From Thermoplasmatales archaeon (lineage in GTDB: Archaea > Thermoplasmatota > Thermoplasmata > Thermoplasmatales > Thermoplasmataceae), in NCBI GenBank assembly GCA_027310185.1, contig DAIDBH010000006.1:32001-96000 (forward strand): a stretch of 64,000 nt of DNA. The letters run 5' to 3'. The notes under the pieces were generated by a model, which saw only the letters and a program-made list of their open reading frames with translations, searched no databases and was not told the origin of the DNA. Shown piece by piece: positions 1 to 9,413 of the stretch. The position numbers and the translations under genes were made by a program. The number at the start of each line of letters is the position of its first letter. Position 1 is the stretch's first letter.

Positions 1-144
1 ACATTGTTTGAGCCTTATGGTTACATCAAAATTCCTGATTAGAATTTCATTAGTTCTCCTTTGTTTTGGGAGATAATGGCTAATCAGGAACCCATTGCCA
101 TTACAATTTTCTTTTTTTATTTACCTGGACACATCCCTTAGAAT

Positions 145-1479
145 TCATTCATGAAGCTTTATAACTGCCTTATCACCATTTGGATATATCTGGATCAGGT
201 CCCATCCTGAGTTCAGGTATGAAGATAGTTCACCTTCAGGTATTGTCTTGTACCTGTTCCCGTTGTTAAGGATCTCTGCCTTCCTGTTGCTGAATATATC
301 CTTCAGCCTCTTCTGCAATTCCTCAGTATCCAGTTTCATCAGCTCTTCCTTCTCCTCATCTGTCAGTTTCACACTGTATGCAGTTTCAAGGATCATGATG
401 GCAGTCTCCCTCATGGTATCTGAAGTGATCTTTGCAACATCCTCTTCCTTCAACCCATGATCCTCTGTTTCAAGGAATCTTGATGCCTTTGAATACTGCT
501 CCCTCATGTCTTCAATTACTGTTTCTGGAAGAATTCCATGATTGAGTGTGTATTCATGCTCCATATCACCGGTATGGCCCATCCAGAATACCCTGTAATC
601 CCTCTTCAGGTTTGTCTTTGATTCTGCCTGTAGCAGCTGCGTATCAAAGTATTTCCTAAGCACATATGGCCTCTGCCTCAATCCTGATCTTCTGATGGTG
701 TTCCTTATGAGATCGCCAATGTTTGTTGTTGTTATGAAATGCACATTAGCCCTGATCCCCTGTTTTGCCGGTGTTATGATGGGAGACTCTGATCTTATTG
801 TCTCACCCTGTTTTATCCGCCCTTCAATGTATATCTTCAGGTAATTTGCACCTTCATTGCCAATGAATGAGAAATACTCATTTTCTTTCTTGCTGAGTTC
901 TGATCTTATAATAATCCTTACCGGTATCTTTGTAAAGGAAACAATGCCATCCCTGATGTCCATATCAGGTATATCTGAAATCCTCAGGCCGTCTGTTCCC
1001 CTGTAATTGCCCAATACCTGAGGCCTGACACCTGCAAATGCCATGATGGAACATGCAAGCCTTTCCCTCGTATCCCCTGCAAGGAATATGCTCTTCAATT
1101 CATCCTGCGTTGGCACTCTTTCATTCTTCAACGATGGCCTGGAATTTGATCCCTTGATCTTGATCTTCCTCGTGATCTGTATGCCATTGAACAGGTACCA
1201 TGATTTGACAGGCTTTATCAGTGCTTCAAGGTAGGTACCTGACCTTTCCCTGCCATCATGATTCCTGAACTCACTTACGAAATCTACAAGAAGATCATTC
1301 CTTTCCTTATCATCCAGTTTCAACAGCTCCTTAGGAGTCTTTTTAACAAATTCACAGAATAATCCAAGACGCCTTATGCTAGTATCAGCGGTTGTCTGTG
1401 AACCCTCCTTTACATTGTTATACCATCTTCTTATGTCCTGGTCATGTAAAAGATCAAAATGCCTGTGCTTTCCAACCAT
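145..1479 (-). CDS. Site-specific tyrosine recombinase/integrase of an integrated element
   Basis: 444 aa; catalytic-type motifs GVRPQ (R), PYVLRKYF (HxxR position), MGH and EHEY (Y); att-like tRNA 3' fragment about 57 bp upstream of the start. Confidence 0.9.
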   Translation of the reverse strand: MVGKHRHFDLLHDQDIRRWYNNVKEGSQTTADTSIRRLGLFCEFVKKTPKELLKLDDKERNDLLVDFVSEFRNHDGRERSGTYLEALIKPVKSWYLFNGIQITRKIKIKGSNSRPSLKNERVPTQDELKSIFLAGDTRERLACSIMAFAGVRPQVLGNYRGTDGLRISDIPDMDIRDGIVSFTKIPVRIIIRSELSKKENEYFSFIGNEGANYLKIYIEGRIKQGETIRSESPIITPAKQGIRANVHFITTTNIGDLIRNTIRRSGLRQRPYVLRKYFDTQLLQAESKTNLKRDYRVFWMGHTGDMEHEYTLNHGILPETVIEDMREQYSKASRFLETEDHGLKEEDVAKITSDTMRETAIMILETAYSVKLTDEEKEELMKLDTEELQKRLKDIFSNRKAEILNNGNRYKTIPEGELSSYLNSGWDLIQIYPNGDKAVIKLHE

Positions 1480-1536
1480 ATATGGAAAGCATTAATTTGT
1501 TAATAAAACTTACTAACCTATACCCAATTAGGTATT

Positions 1537-1552
1537 AATCCGGCCAGGCCCA
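1537..1552 (+). repeat. att core (tRNA 3'-end duplicate), copy 1
   Basis: AATCCGGCCAGGCCCA reads as T-loop end, T-stem 3' arm, acceptor 3' arm and discriminator A; next to integrase start. Confidence 0.7.
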
Positions 1553-1953
1553 TTATGAGTGAATTCCTTTGTTTTTTAATGCGGTTTGGCATACCCTTTC
1601 AGTACACAACAGCGATTCTGAGTTTTTATTCATATTGATAAGTTTTTTGGTAGAATAATTCAGGAAAGTCACAGAGACCGATCTATGTTCCGGACTTTCG
1701 AACGGATAGCTTTCTTGAATTGCTAAAATTGAACGTAAGAACCGACGATATAGGCGTACCGTACTACCCATATTTCTATTCTAACGATATGCTTATCGTT
1801 GCCTTTCTGGATCGGGTGTTCCACGCCGAATCTAACAAAGAAACGTGGAAACCAGTCATAGACTGTGATTTGTCCATGGGTATTCCAACGAACCTACTTG
1901 ATTTTTTCCCAAATTGTTTTGAAGATGGATATTTTTAGAATGATGATTCGCAT

Positions 1954-2190
1954 TTATTTCAGGTACCTTTTAGTATCTGTGGTTCTATATGCTGTGATTA
2001 TGAAAGGTATATTATTTATATCTTTGTAGACCACAACGATGACGCTGTCATCAAATTTCTTTAAAGCCTTCTTCAGTTCTCCAATTTCAACCAGCCTGTC
2101 TGGATTGGAAATTACCTTCCCGATTATTTCTTTAGATAGCCCTCTTTCACGTATGCGCTTGAGAGAGTGCGTGGAATAGTTGATAATCAT
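1954..2190 (-). CDS. DUF4258-family (RelE/BrnT-like) toxin
   Basis: 78 aa basic protein; YSTHSLKRIRERGLS and IITAY motifs; ATGA overlap with upstream gene. Confidence 0.75.
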   Translation of the reverse strand: MIINYSTHSLKRIRERGLSKEIIGKVISNPDRLVEIGELKKALKKFDDSVIVVVYKDINNIPFIITAYRTTDTKRYLK

Positions 2191-2414
2191 TTGGCCATCG
2201 ATACTACGTTCCCAATTTGCTTAGTTATCAATTGGTTGATGCTGACCTTGTTGTTCGAGAAATTAAGAATTTCCATTCCTAAGATTCTGTTATCCTTGTC
2301 AAGATCGACAAAAGTGTATTCGTCCAACTCTATAGTTCGAGAAACCTTACCTTTGACCATTCGTATATAAGCAGCATCCGCCTGGGAATCATACTCCAAT
2401 AGGTATTTGTTCAC
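2187..2414 (-). CDS. DUF2283-family protein, putative antitoxin
   Basis: YDSQADAAYI...VDLDKDNRILGMEIL signature; GTG start; coupled to the toxin. Confidence 0.8.
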   Translation of the reverse strand: MNKYLLEYDSQADAAYIRMVKGKVSRTIELDEYTFVDLDKDNRILGMEILNFSNNKVSINQLITKQIGNVVSMAK

Positions 2415-2518
2415 GGTGGTTGTATAACTAAGAGTAGCTATAAACTTTTCCTTCTAACTAAAACTATCATGTTATGGGACTTTGTTGAAATATCTTGAAT
2501 GGATTGGGGAATTAAGCA

Positions 2519-2533
2519 AATCCGACCAGGCCT
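2519..2533 (+). repeat. Degenerate att core, copy 2
   Basis: AATCCGACCAGGCCT, 13/15 identical to copy 1. Confidence 0.5.
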
Positions 2534-2732
2534 TTCGTACTATTTGTCATACCCCAGCATTCATTTAAACTTTATTGCACTGCGCAGTTCCGTGGGACGT
2601 TGTGCAATTAGGGCGTTTTTTAGACTTCATCTGCACTCACCTACTGAAAATGACCTGCGTAACCGGGGTCAATACTCTGCTGCGGATGAGCAGGTCAAGT
2701 ATAGGACATCGTTCCTAATACAGCACATACGA

Positions 2733-3323
2733 CTATTGTTTTCCCTTTGTTAGAGGTTTGATTCTATACCCAGAGTAAAATCCTCTCTCAACCATGCCAG
2801 TATCAAGATTAATAACTGACAGATCAGGCATCTTCAGTGTTTTCCAGCTGATTGGGTCAAATGCCGTGCCTATGAGATGCCTGTACAGTACGGTGATCAC
2901 CACTCCGTGTGAAACAATCATTACCGATTTTCCCATGGATTCTCTCAGTATATCCATCATACAACTGACTATTCTTTCCCTGACATCATTGTACCTTTCA
3001 AAGTTTTTATCGTCGTGTCCAGACAGGTATTGGTCCACGTAGCGGGTGAATGTACCATGCTCAACATATGGAAAATGCCGTTCAACCTCTTTCAGGCAGT
3101 CTCGTTCCACCTTTACAATTCCATAAATATCGCTTATTATGTCTGCAGTCTGGGACGCTTTTTTGAGAGGACTGTAATAAATGCAATCAATGCTGTCAGT
3201 AGATATTCCGTCAAACATCTTCACAACAGCACCATAAGCGTTATCTGTAAGTTCCCATCTATCTGGCGCCGCGTCTGCATCTATCCTTGTCTCTGCATGT
3301 CTTACAAAATATAGCTTAGTCAT
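2733..3323 (-). CDS. Histidine phosphatase (phosphoglycerate mutase-like) family protein
   Basis: FVRHAET, SPLKKA and VSHG motifs. Confidence 0.85.
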   Translation of the reverse strand: MTKLYFVRHAETRIDADAAPDRWELTDNAYGAVVKMFDGISTDSIDCIYYSPLKKASQTADIISDIYGIVKVERDCLKEVERHFPYVEHGTFTRYVDQYLSGHDDKNFERYNDVRERIVSCMMDILRESMGKSVMIVSHGVVITVLYRHLIGTAFDPISWKTLKMPDLSVINLDTGMVERGFYSGYRIKPLTKGKQ

Positions 3324-3483
3324 ACGTCAGGACCTTATGGGAACTGCTCTTATTATTCTTGCATAATCTACCTGGTCAATGAATATGACAAATGTTATCA
3401 TATATAGAGCCGGATAATTATGGTGGTTTTACCCTGGCGGGATACCCTGTCATGAATTGCAGAAGGGAGCAGGCATTCAATAA

Positions 3484-3855
3484 TTATATTTTGCCTATAA
3501 CCCCTTCATTTTCCAATGTTGGGCTTGAATTCTCATTTGCAATATTCATATCAAACCTCGCAACTTTGCCATTAAATTTATCCAAATACCTTAAACCACC
3601 TTAAATCTAGCAATATATGAACCTGTTTTGCCTTCATCCTCTAATTTCCTAACAAAATCCATAAAATTGTCTCTAAATTCTGTTTTTACATATTTTCCAG
3701 AATAATATTAGAGGTAGTATTCTCTAATTAACATTAATAACCTAATGTCCTTCTATAAACGGTGGCTGTCAATATACATTTACCTTTAAATGCTCAAATC
3801 GTAACTTTATTTTCTCGCTTTCTAACATTCCTTCATATTTATCTATGAGAGTCAT
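3484..3855 (-). pseudogene. Truncated, frameshifted integrase N-terminus
   Basis: Hand translation across frames gives MTLIDKYEGMLESEKI, ILTATVYRRTLGY*C*LENTT, EFRDNFMDFVRKLEDEGKTGSYIARF and KFNGK...NENSSPTLENEGV, collinear with the N-terminus of the 145-1479 integrase. Confidence 0.8.
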
Positions 3856-3905
3856 GTAAAATATTTTTAATATGCTATTAGGATATTCTATTACGTCTCT
3901 AATCT

Positions 3906-3921
3906 AATCTGGCTAGGCCTA
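3906..3921 (+). repeat. Degenerate att core, copy 3
   Basis: AATCTGGCTAGGCCTA, 13/16 identical to copy 1 (all C>T); 50 bp upstream of the integrase pseudogene start. Confidence 0.6.
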
Positions 3922-4071
3922 CTGTACGAGGATTCCTTTTTTTACTTGTGTAACTAACGTAACCATTAAGTACACAAATCAGAAAGAATGTTCCATGGGT
4001 GTATCATATTTATCATATGATCCTGGACAAAATTTCAATAAAATATAGATCTAATATTCACAAAGTCTTTC

Positions 4072-4542
4072 CTACATCTGTATCAAAATATTTCTTTCTA
4101 GCTCCGAAGTCATATTTTTGATCCAGCTTTTCATCTCGTGTCTCAATATGTTATATTTGATGGGAGGGTTGGGCAAGGGAGAAGCGTACTTCATGTTTTG
4201 AACCAGTGTATTCTTCAGGAATTTTCCTGGTTCGGAGTGCATCATTAATTTCCTGATTTCTTTCCAGAATTTTTTATTTAGTGCTTTGACCCTCCTTTCA
4301 CCAAGTTCTGGTACCATGATGGTAATATTGTAACCAGGGACTTTCTCTATCCTGTTTCCATTCAAAACTACCCATTTACTGATTTCCTGCTCGAAGATGA
4401 CATTTGCTAAATGGAGCGCTATAATACGAACGTTGTTAAAGTCAAAACCGATTTTCAGATTATAGATTACTGAAGAATCATTGGAAGAGATACTTCTTCG
4501 CTGCTGAATATGCTCCCATAATGCTTCATCTCTGGTTTTCAT
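4072..4542 (-). CDS. Hypothetical protein
   Basis: 156-aa ORF with ATG start; no recognised motif. Confidence 0.6.
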   Translation of the reverse strand: MKTRDEALWEHIQQRRSISSNDSSVIYNLKIGFDFNNVRIIALHLANVIFEQEISKWVVLNGNRIEKVPGYNITIMVPELGERRVKALNKKFWKEIRKLMMHSEPGKFLKNTLVQNMKYASPLPNPPIKYNILRHEMKSWIKNMTSELERNILIQM

Positions 4543-4676
4543 ATAATAAAGTGAAGTCGGGTGGATATATTATTTTTTGCCAATTAAAGAATGAGTGTTA
4601 AAAACAGGTCTTTTGATTCCAAATTATATGCTCTCACTAAATTTCAGTTAATTTCCAGAAATATTTATGAAGTAGA

Positions 4677-5822
4677 TCATTTTTTAAGCTCTTTTGAACC
4701 CCGGTATCTTATTTCCCTTATTACTTCAGGTATATTTATCTCCATTGGACATACAACCTTACACCCACCGGAATGAACACAGTAACTGGCAGGCCACGGG
4801 TCCTTATTTGTTATGTAATTCCACATGACTCCAGTTGGGCCGTTATATGGGGATGCCCTTGAAACCCAGTCTGTCCCCATTACCCTGTATGTTGGACATG
4901 AGAAATAACACCTGCCGCATTTTATGCACAGTAGGCTTTCTTTCAATGCAGGATCCTTGCTTGCCTCAGTTCTTCCATCATCAATCAGGATCAGGTGAAA
5001 ATTCTTTGGTCCGGTGGCGGGTGAGACACGGTGTGACTCAATGTCCGCTGTTGAACTGGGTCCTGTTGTAACATTGACGTATGTTGGTGGGAATATACCT
5101 GCATATGCGGCCTGGACAATGGCTTCATCCATGGCATCCCTCATTGTTGGAACTATCTTATCAATACCTGTTATGGCAATATGAGTTTGAGGCATTACAG
5201 TATCCATCCTGATGTTTCCCTCGTTTTCAACAAGAACTACGGAGCCACTATCTGCTGCAACCGCATTGGCTCCTGTTATTCCTATATCGGCCTTGAGATA
5301 TTTCGACATCAGGAATTTTCTCACCCCAGCCACAACCTCTTCAATGCTTGAGCTCTTGTTTATTGTCTTATCGTACTTATTTACTGCTTCAGATGCCTGC
5401 TGGAGTGTCATCCCGATTGCAGGTTCCACTATGTGTGCTGGCCAGCTCCTGGATATCTGCACTAGAAATTCACCAAGATCGGTTTCCCAGACCTCATTAT
5501 TTAGCTTTTCCAGATATTCCCTGAGTCCGATCTCATACGCCACATTTGTCTTCGAGAAAACTATGGTCTTGTTCTGCCCTGTTAGTTCTCCAAGGATCTT
5601 CCTTGCCTCTTCCTTGTCCCTGGCCATATGAACTTCCCCACGCACACTTTCAACGCTTTTAACTGTCATTTTTATGTATGTGTCAAGATCGTCAAGCACC
5701 TTCATCTTCTGTTCCCTGAGATGCTTCGTGATTTCCTCTATGTAAGGATACTGCTTCAGGACCCTTTCAACTTCTGCATTATTTCCCTTTGCTATTGGAC
5801 CGATCGTCTGTTCCCAGGTCAT
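4677..5822 (-). CDS. lutB: LUD-domain lactate utilization Fe-S protein (LutB-like)
   Basis: ETDLGE, ENEGN, GPSSTADIE, CIKCGRCYFSCP; start placed at 5822 (ATGA overlap with the upstream stop). Confidence 0.85.
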   Translation of the reverse strand: MTWEQTIGPIAKGNNAEVERVLKQYPYIEEITKHLREQKMKVLDDLDTYIKMTVKSVESVRGEVHMARDKEEARKILGELTGQNKTIVFSKTNVAYEIGLREYLEKLNNEVWETDLGEFLVQISRSWPAHIVEPAIGMTLQQASEAVNKYDKTINKSSSIEEVVAGVRKFLMSKYLKADIGITGANAVAADSGSVVLVENEGNIRMDTVMPQTHIAITGIDKIVPTMRDAMDEAIVQAAYAGIFPPTYVNVTTGPSSTADIESHRVSPATGPKNFHLILIDDGRTEASKDPALKESLLCIKCGRCYFSCPTYRVMGTDWVSRASPYNGPTGVMWNYITNKDPWPASYCVHSGGCKVVCPMEINIPEVIREIRYRGSKELKK

Positions 5823-6721
5823 GCTATCACCTCTGCAATATCCTTCACGCTTGCAAACTCTGATAGATTGGCGTAACATAGTGGGCACGCCACAAGTATG
5901 TTTTCGCTTACCTTCTTCAGGTCTTCTGCCCTGGCCCTTGCCATCTCATTACTCAGGCGATCACTCAATGGACCCATGGGTGCACCGCAACATAAACCAC
6001 TCCCCTTTCCTGTTACAACCGGATCTTCCTTCAATTCCACGCCTGAATCTTTCAGCAGTACCCTCACGCTGTCATACATATCAAGGAAACGGGAATAGAG
6101 GCATGAGTCATGGAGAACGAACGACCCCTTGCCACTACCGTTCCTTATGATTTTGAGATATGATGTGAATGGTATATCAAAACCGATGTATCTTTTCAGG
6201 TTGTTCAGTGTGTTGGTTGTATGAGGATCCACGGTTATTATGGATTCTACGCCCTTCTGCTTCAAAAATGATTCCACCTTCAGTCCATATTCCTTGAACT
6301 CATCAATAAGCCCCAGTTCCAGCAGCAGGGAACCACTGTAAGGTTCATCTTCATACAGATATCCAACATTCGCAACATTTTTTGAAACCATTCTGTATAT
6401 GTTTCTAAGTATGCTGTTTGCCCTTTCCACATCCTCTCCCTTTGGTTTTATCGGCTTAGCCCCTATTGATGCAACTATTTTTGAAGTCCCCAGCGACCCG
6501 AAAGTGGGAATATATTTCTCATATGACTTGAACATTGTTGCCATCTGGTACATGAATGATGTATAAATTATTACCTTGCCTCCCCTTGGGATATTCATCT
6601 GATCTGCCCACTGAGTTGCCAGTTTCCTGTCCATTGGAAATGGGATGTATGATTCCATCAGATTCTTATACAGAACATTTCTTACAGTTGCTTCCTGTTT
6701 TCTTACCTGATCTTCGTCCAT
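5819..6721 (-). CDS. CCG-domain Fe-S oxidoreductase (LutA/GlpC-like)
   Basis: HDSC, LCCG and ACPLC motifs; operonic with lutB. Confidence 0.8.
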   Translation of the reverse strand: MDEDQVRKQEATVRNVLYKNLMESYIPFPMDRKLATQWADQMNIPRGGKVIIYTSFMYQMATMFKSYEKYIPTFGSLGTSKIVASIGAKPIKPKGEDVERANSILRNIYRMVSKNVANVGYLYEDEPYSGSLLLELGLIDEFKEYGLKVESFLKQKGVESIITVDPHTTNTLNNLKRYIGFDIPFTSYLKIIRNGSGKGSFVLHDSCLYSRFLDMYDSVRVLLKDSGVELKEDPVVTGKGSGLCCGAPMGPLSDRLSNEMARARAEDLKKVSENILVACPLCYANLSEFASVKDIAEVIA

Positions 6722-6855
6722 TAAAACACCATGATTATAAAATCCAGTTTCATTCTTAAACGTATAGCCTCACATGTTTAATGCATATTTCAATCCCATT
6801 TTTGTTTAAAATTCTTATCAACAAACCTTAATTAAAATGTTTCGATATCTGACAC

Positions 6856-7050
6856 GCCCTGAGATTAGTATAAATGATCTCATGAGTTTATATGACGACA
6901 CAGGGCAATAAATCGCCTCGCCATATGGGCCTCTGCACTAGTAAAGGATCTAATTCCTGCTATGAAATGCCGATCAGAGGCTGGCGAAAAATTCCCCGGG
7001 GGTCAGAGGAACCAGGAAAATGAATGGGTCCCGTTAGAACGGGGAAAAGA
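6856..7050 (+). ncRNA. Putative three-hairpin H/ACA pseudouridylation guide RNA
   Basis: Three consecutive hairpins, each followed by ANA; K-loop-like TGA..TGA apex in hairpin 1; hairpin 3 pocket complementary to archaeal 23S helix 69; TATA-like element about 25 nt upstream. Confidence 0.6.
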
Positions 7051-7064
7051 TCAAGAGGTTATTC

Positions 7065-8153
7065 ATGGAAAGCGATCAGAATGTTGAACTCGAAAACCCC
7101 AAGGTTCGAGAAGTAGTGGATATAGTTAAGAATTACATTTATAGCTATGAAATAGAGGTGAATCCACTTTCCATTAAGTTCATGTTTCTGGACTCGGATA
7201 ACCCAATGATTACAAAGAAATTTGCTGAATTAAGCCAGAAGCTTGTATCCATGGGATATATTCCACAGATGGTTAATAGCTATGAGCATTATGTTCAGGT
7301 TTCAATGGGACAGCAAAGGAAATTTGTGTCCAACAAGGTAAATCTCATAATGCTTATTCTAACCATATTTTCCACCCTGTATGCAGGATATTACTTTACC
7401 GGAGATTTCATAAAACCAGGGGCAGATGTATTCTGGAGAACTGTTCTTTATGGCTTTGTATTTTTTACCCTTCCACTCCTGACCATACTTGGTGTTCATG
7501 AATTTGGCCATTTCATAGTGGCAAGACATTACAAGGTCAGGGCTTCCCTTCCATTCTTCATTCCATTCATCCCGCTAGCGTATTCCATTGGTACATTCGG
7601 TGCTTTTATATCATTAAGAGACCCTTTCCCAAACAGGAAGGTAATGACAAATATAGGAGCTGCTGGACCAATAGCAGGTTTTGCGACTGCTTTCCCACTA
7701 CTTTTTGTTGCAAACTATCTTCAGAAGACTATGCCGCTTTATCATCATTTCATCCCCTATTTCCTTCATTACCCGCTGGTTTATCACGTTCTCGGCCTGC
7801 TAATGCCCGTTACCACCCCGTTCTTCCCAATGACAATCTCGGTATGGGTTGGGATATTTGCAACCGCCCTTAACCTGTTTCCCGTTGGCCAGCTGGATGG
7901 GGGCCACATTGTAAGGGGGATGCTTGGAAGAAAGGCTATTTATCTGAGTTACTTCTTCATTCTCGTCCTGTTTTATCTAGGGTTGAGCTATACAGGTTGG
8001 TTGCTGATAGCAATTCTAGTCCTGTTCCTCGGACTTAATCATCCACCTGCCCTTGATGATACATCTCCCATAGGTGCTCTTGAAATTGGAGTTGGAATAC
8101 TTGTTCTTATACTGTTCATACTTTCATTCACGCCTGTCCCAATATATCTGTAG
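7065..8153 (+). CDS. Site-2 intramembrane metalloprotease (M50)
   Basis: HEFGH and NLFPVGQLDGGH motifs; multiple TM segments. Confidence 0.92.
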   Translation: MESDQNVELENPKVREVVDIVKNYIYSYEIEVNPLSIKFMFLDSDNPMITKKFAELSQKLVSMGYIPQMVNSYEHYVQVSMGQQRKFVSNKVNLIMLILTIFSTLYAGYYFTGDFIKPGADVFWRTVLYGFVFFTLPLLTILGVHEFGHFIVARHYKVRASLPFFIPFIPLAYSIGTFGAFISLRDPFPNRKVMTNIGAAGPIAGFATAFPLLFVANYLQKTMPLYHHFIPYFLHYPLVYHVLGLLMPVTTPFFPMTISVWVGIFATALNLFPVGQLDGGHIVRGMLGRKAIYLSYFFILVLFYLGLSYTGWLLIAILVLFLGLNHPPALDDTSPIGALEIGVGILVLILFILSFTPVPIYL

Positions 8154-8208
8154 TTTTAAGTAGATAACATATGACAATCTTTATTATCAGAATTATATAT
8201 TTGCCATC

Positions 8209-9363
8209 ATGGCAGAGGATTTGTCTATCGACAGGTATGTAATAACCATGAGGAGACAGTTTCATGAGTTTCCAGAGTTGAGTTTTCAGGAAGAGCAGAC
8301 AGAGGGACGAATAATTGAGGAACTTGAAGACATGGGACTGAGACCCCATGTTGTTCCTAAAGGTGGCCTGTATGCAGACATAAAGGGGAGTTCGGAGGGA
8401 AAAACAGTTGCTCTGAGAGCTGATATGGATGCACTACCCATCAGGGAAGAAAATGATATACCATTCAAGTCAAGGAACGATGGAGTCATGCATGCCTGTG
8501 GTCATGACTCTCACATGGCAATGCTGCTTGGTGTTGCAAAATCACTGGTCCAGAAGAGGGATCAGTTTAATGGAACCGTGAGGCTTCTTTTTCAGAGAGC
8601 AGAGGAGATGCCACCGGGTGGAGCTGTTGAGCTGATAAAGGCCGGTGCCCTCAAGAATGTTGATTACGTTGTCGGCCAGCATGTAATGTCTGGAGCTCCC
8701 AGCGGTACAGTTGCAATCTTCCCGAAGGAATGCATGGCTAATGCAGATGAATTCAGGATCAGGATACACAGCAAGGGAGGTCATGGTGCCTATCCGCACA
8801 CAGGTGTGGACACCCTGATGATTGGTGCCATGATGGTTGTGCAGGCACAGACAATAGTTTCCAGAATACTGGATCCAACTGAAGCCTCAGTGATTACTTT
8901 CGGCACAATGGACTCCGGATTCCGGTACAATGTCATCGCACCTCATACAGAACTCAGGGGTACAGTCAGGACATTCACTGAGGAGGGAAGGGTAAAGAGC
9001 GAGAATTTCCTAAGGGAGATGATCAGCAACCTGTGCAAGACCTATGGCGCTGAATTTGAATTTGAATTTATGCGTGGATACCCTGCGTTGATAAATAACC
9101 CGGAGGTTATATCGGTCATAGAGAGCGTTGCCAGGAAAGTCGTTGGAGAGAAAAACATAATACATCCAAAACCCCAGATGGGTGGTGAAGATTTTGCATA
9201 CTACGTGCAGCAGGTTCCAGGGGCATTCTATTTCCTGGGAGTGACTGATAAGAACGAAAAGAACCCTGGAGCAAATCATTCTCCTCAGTTCACCATCGAT
9301 GAGTCAGCACTTTCAAAGGGTACGAAGCTGATGGAAGAGGTAGCACTGAAACTCCTCTCATAA
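8209..9363 (+). CDS. M20D amidohydrolase/carboxypeptidase
   Basis: HEFPELS, LRADMDALP, MHACGHD, AEE, GGEDF, HSP. Confidence 0.92.
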   Translation: MAEDLSIDRYVITMRRQFHEFPELSFQEEQTEGRIIEELEDMGLRPHVVPKGGLYADIKGSSEGKTVALRADMDALPIREENDIPFKSRNDGVMHACGHDSHMAMLLGVAKSLVQKRDQFNGTVRLLFQRAEEMPPGGAVELIKAGALKNVDYVVGQHVMSGAPSGTVAIFPKECMANADEFRIRIHSKGGHGAYPHTGVDTLMIGAMMVVQAQTIVSRILDPTEASVITFGTMDSGFRYNVIAPHTELRGTVRTFTEEGRVKSENFLREMISNLCKTYGAEFEFEFMRGYPALINNPEVISVIESVARKVVGEKNIIHPKPQMGGEDFAYYVQQVPGAFYFLGVTDKNEKNPGANHSPQFTIDESALSKGTKLMEEVALKLLS

Positions 9364-9413
9364 AATTACCAAAGAGTAAAGACTGAAAAATGATATAATA
9401 CAGTAACCCATAT

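Larger units (their letters stand above)
1..3921. mobile_element. Right edge of a tandem array of integrated elements (genomic island hotspot)
   Basis: Intact integrase, integrase pseudogene, three att-like repeats, TA pair, AT-rich decayed DNA; left boundary lies outside the window. Confidence 0.65.

Noticed and set aside
1541-1551. CGGCCAGGCCC as part of SRP RNA helix 8
   Set aside because: Not followed by GGAAGGGAGCA; the flanks fit a tRNA T-loop and discriminator instead
1553-1938. Short ORFs 1553-1771 (-) and 1720-1938 (+)
   Set aside because: Mutually overlapping with no recognisable motif; probably gene debris
6856-7050. TPP riboswitch, RNase P or SRP RNA identity for the structured region
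   Set aside because: Lacks the ordered CTGAGA...CCTGA TPP core, the GAGGAAAGTCC RNase P motif and the SRP helix 8 motif
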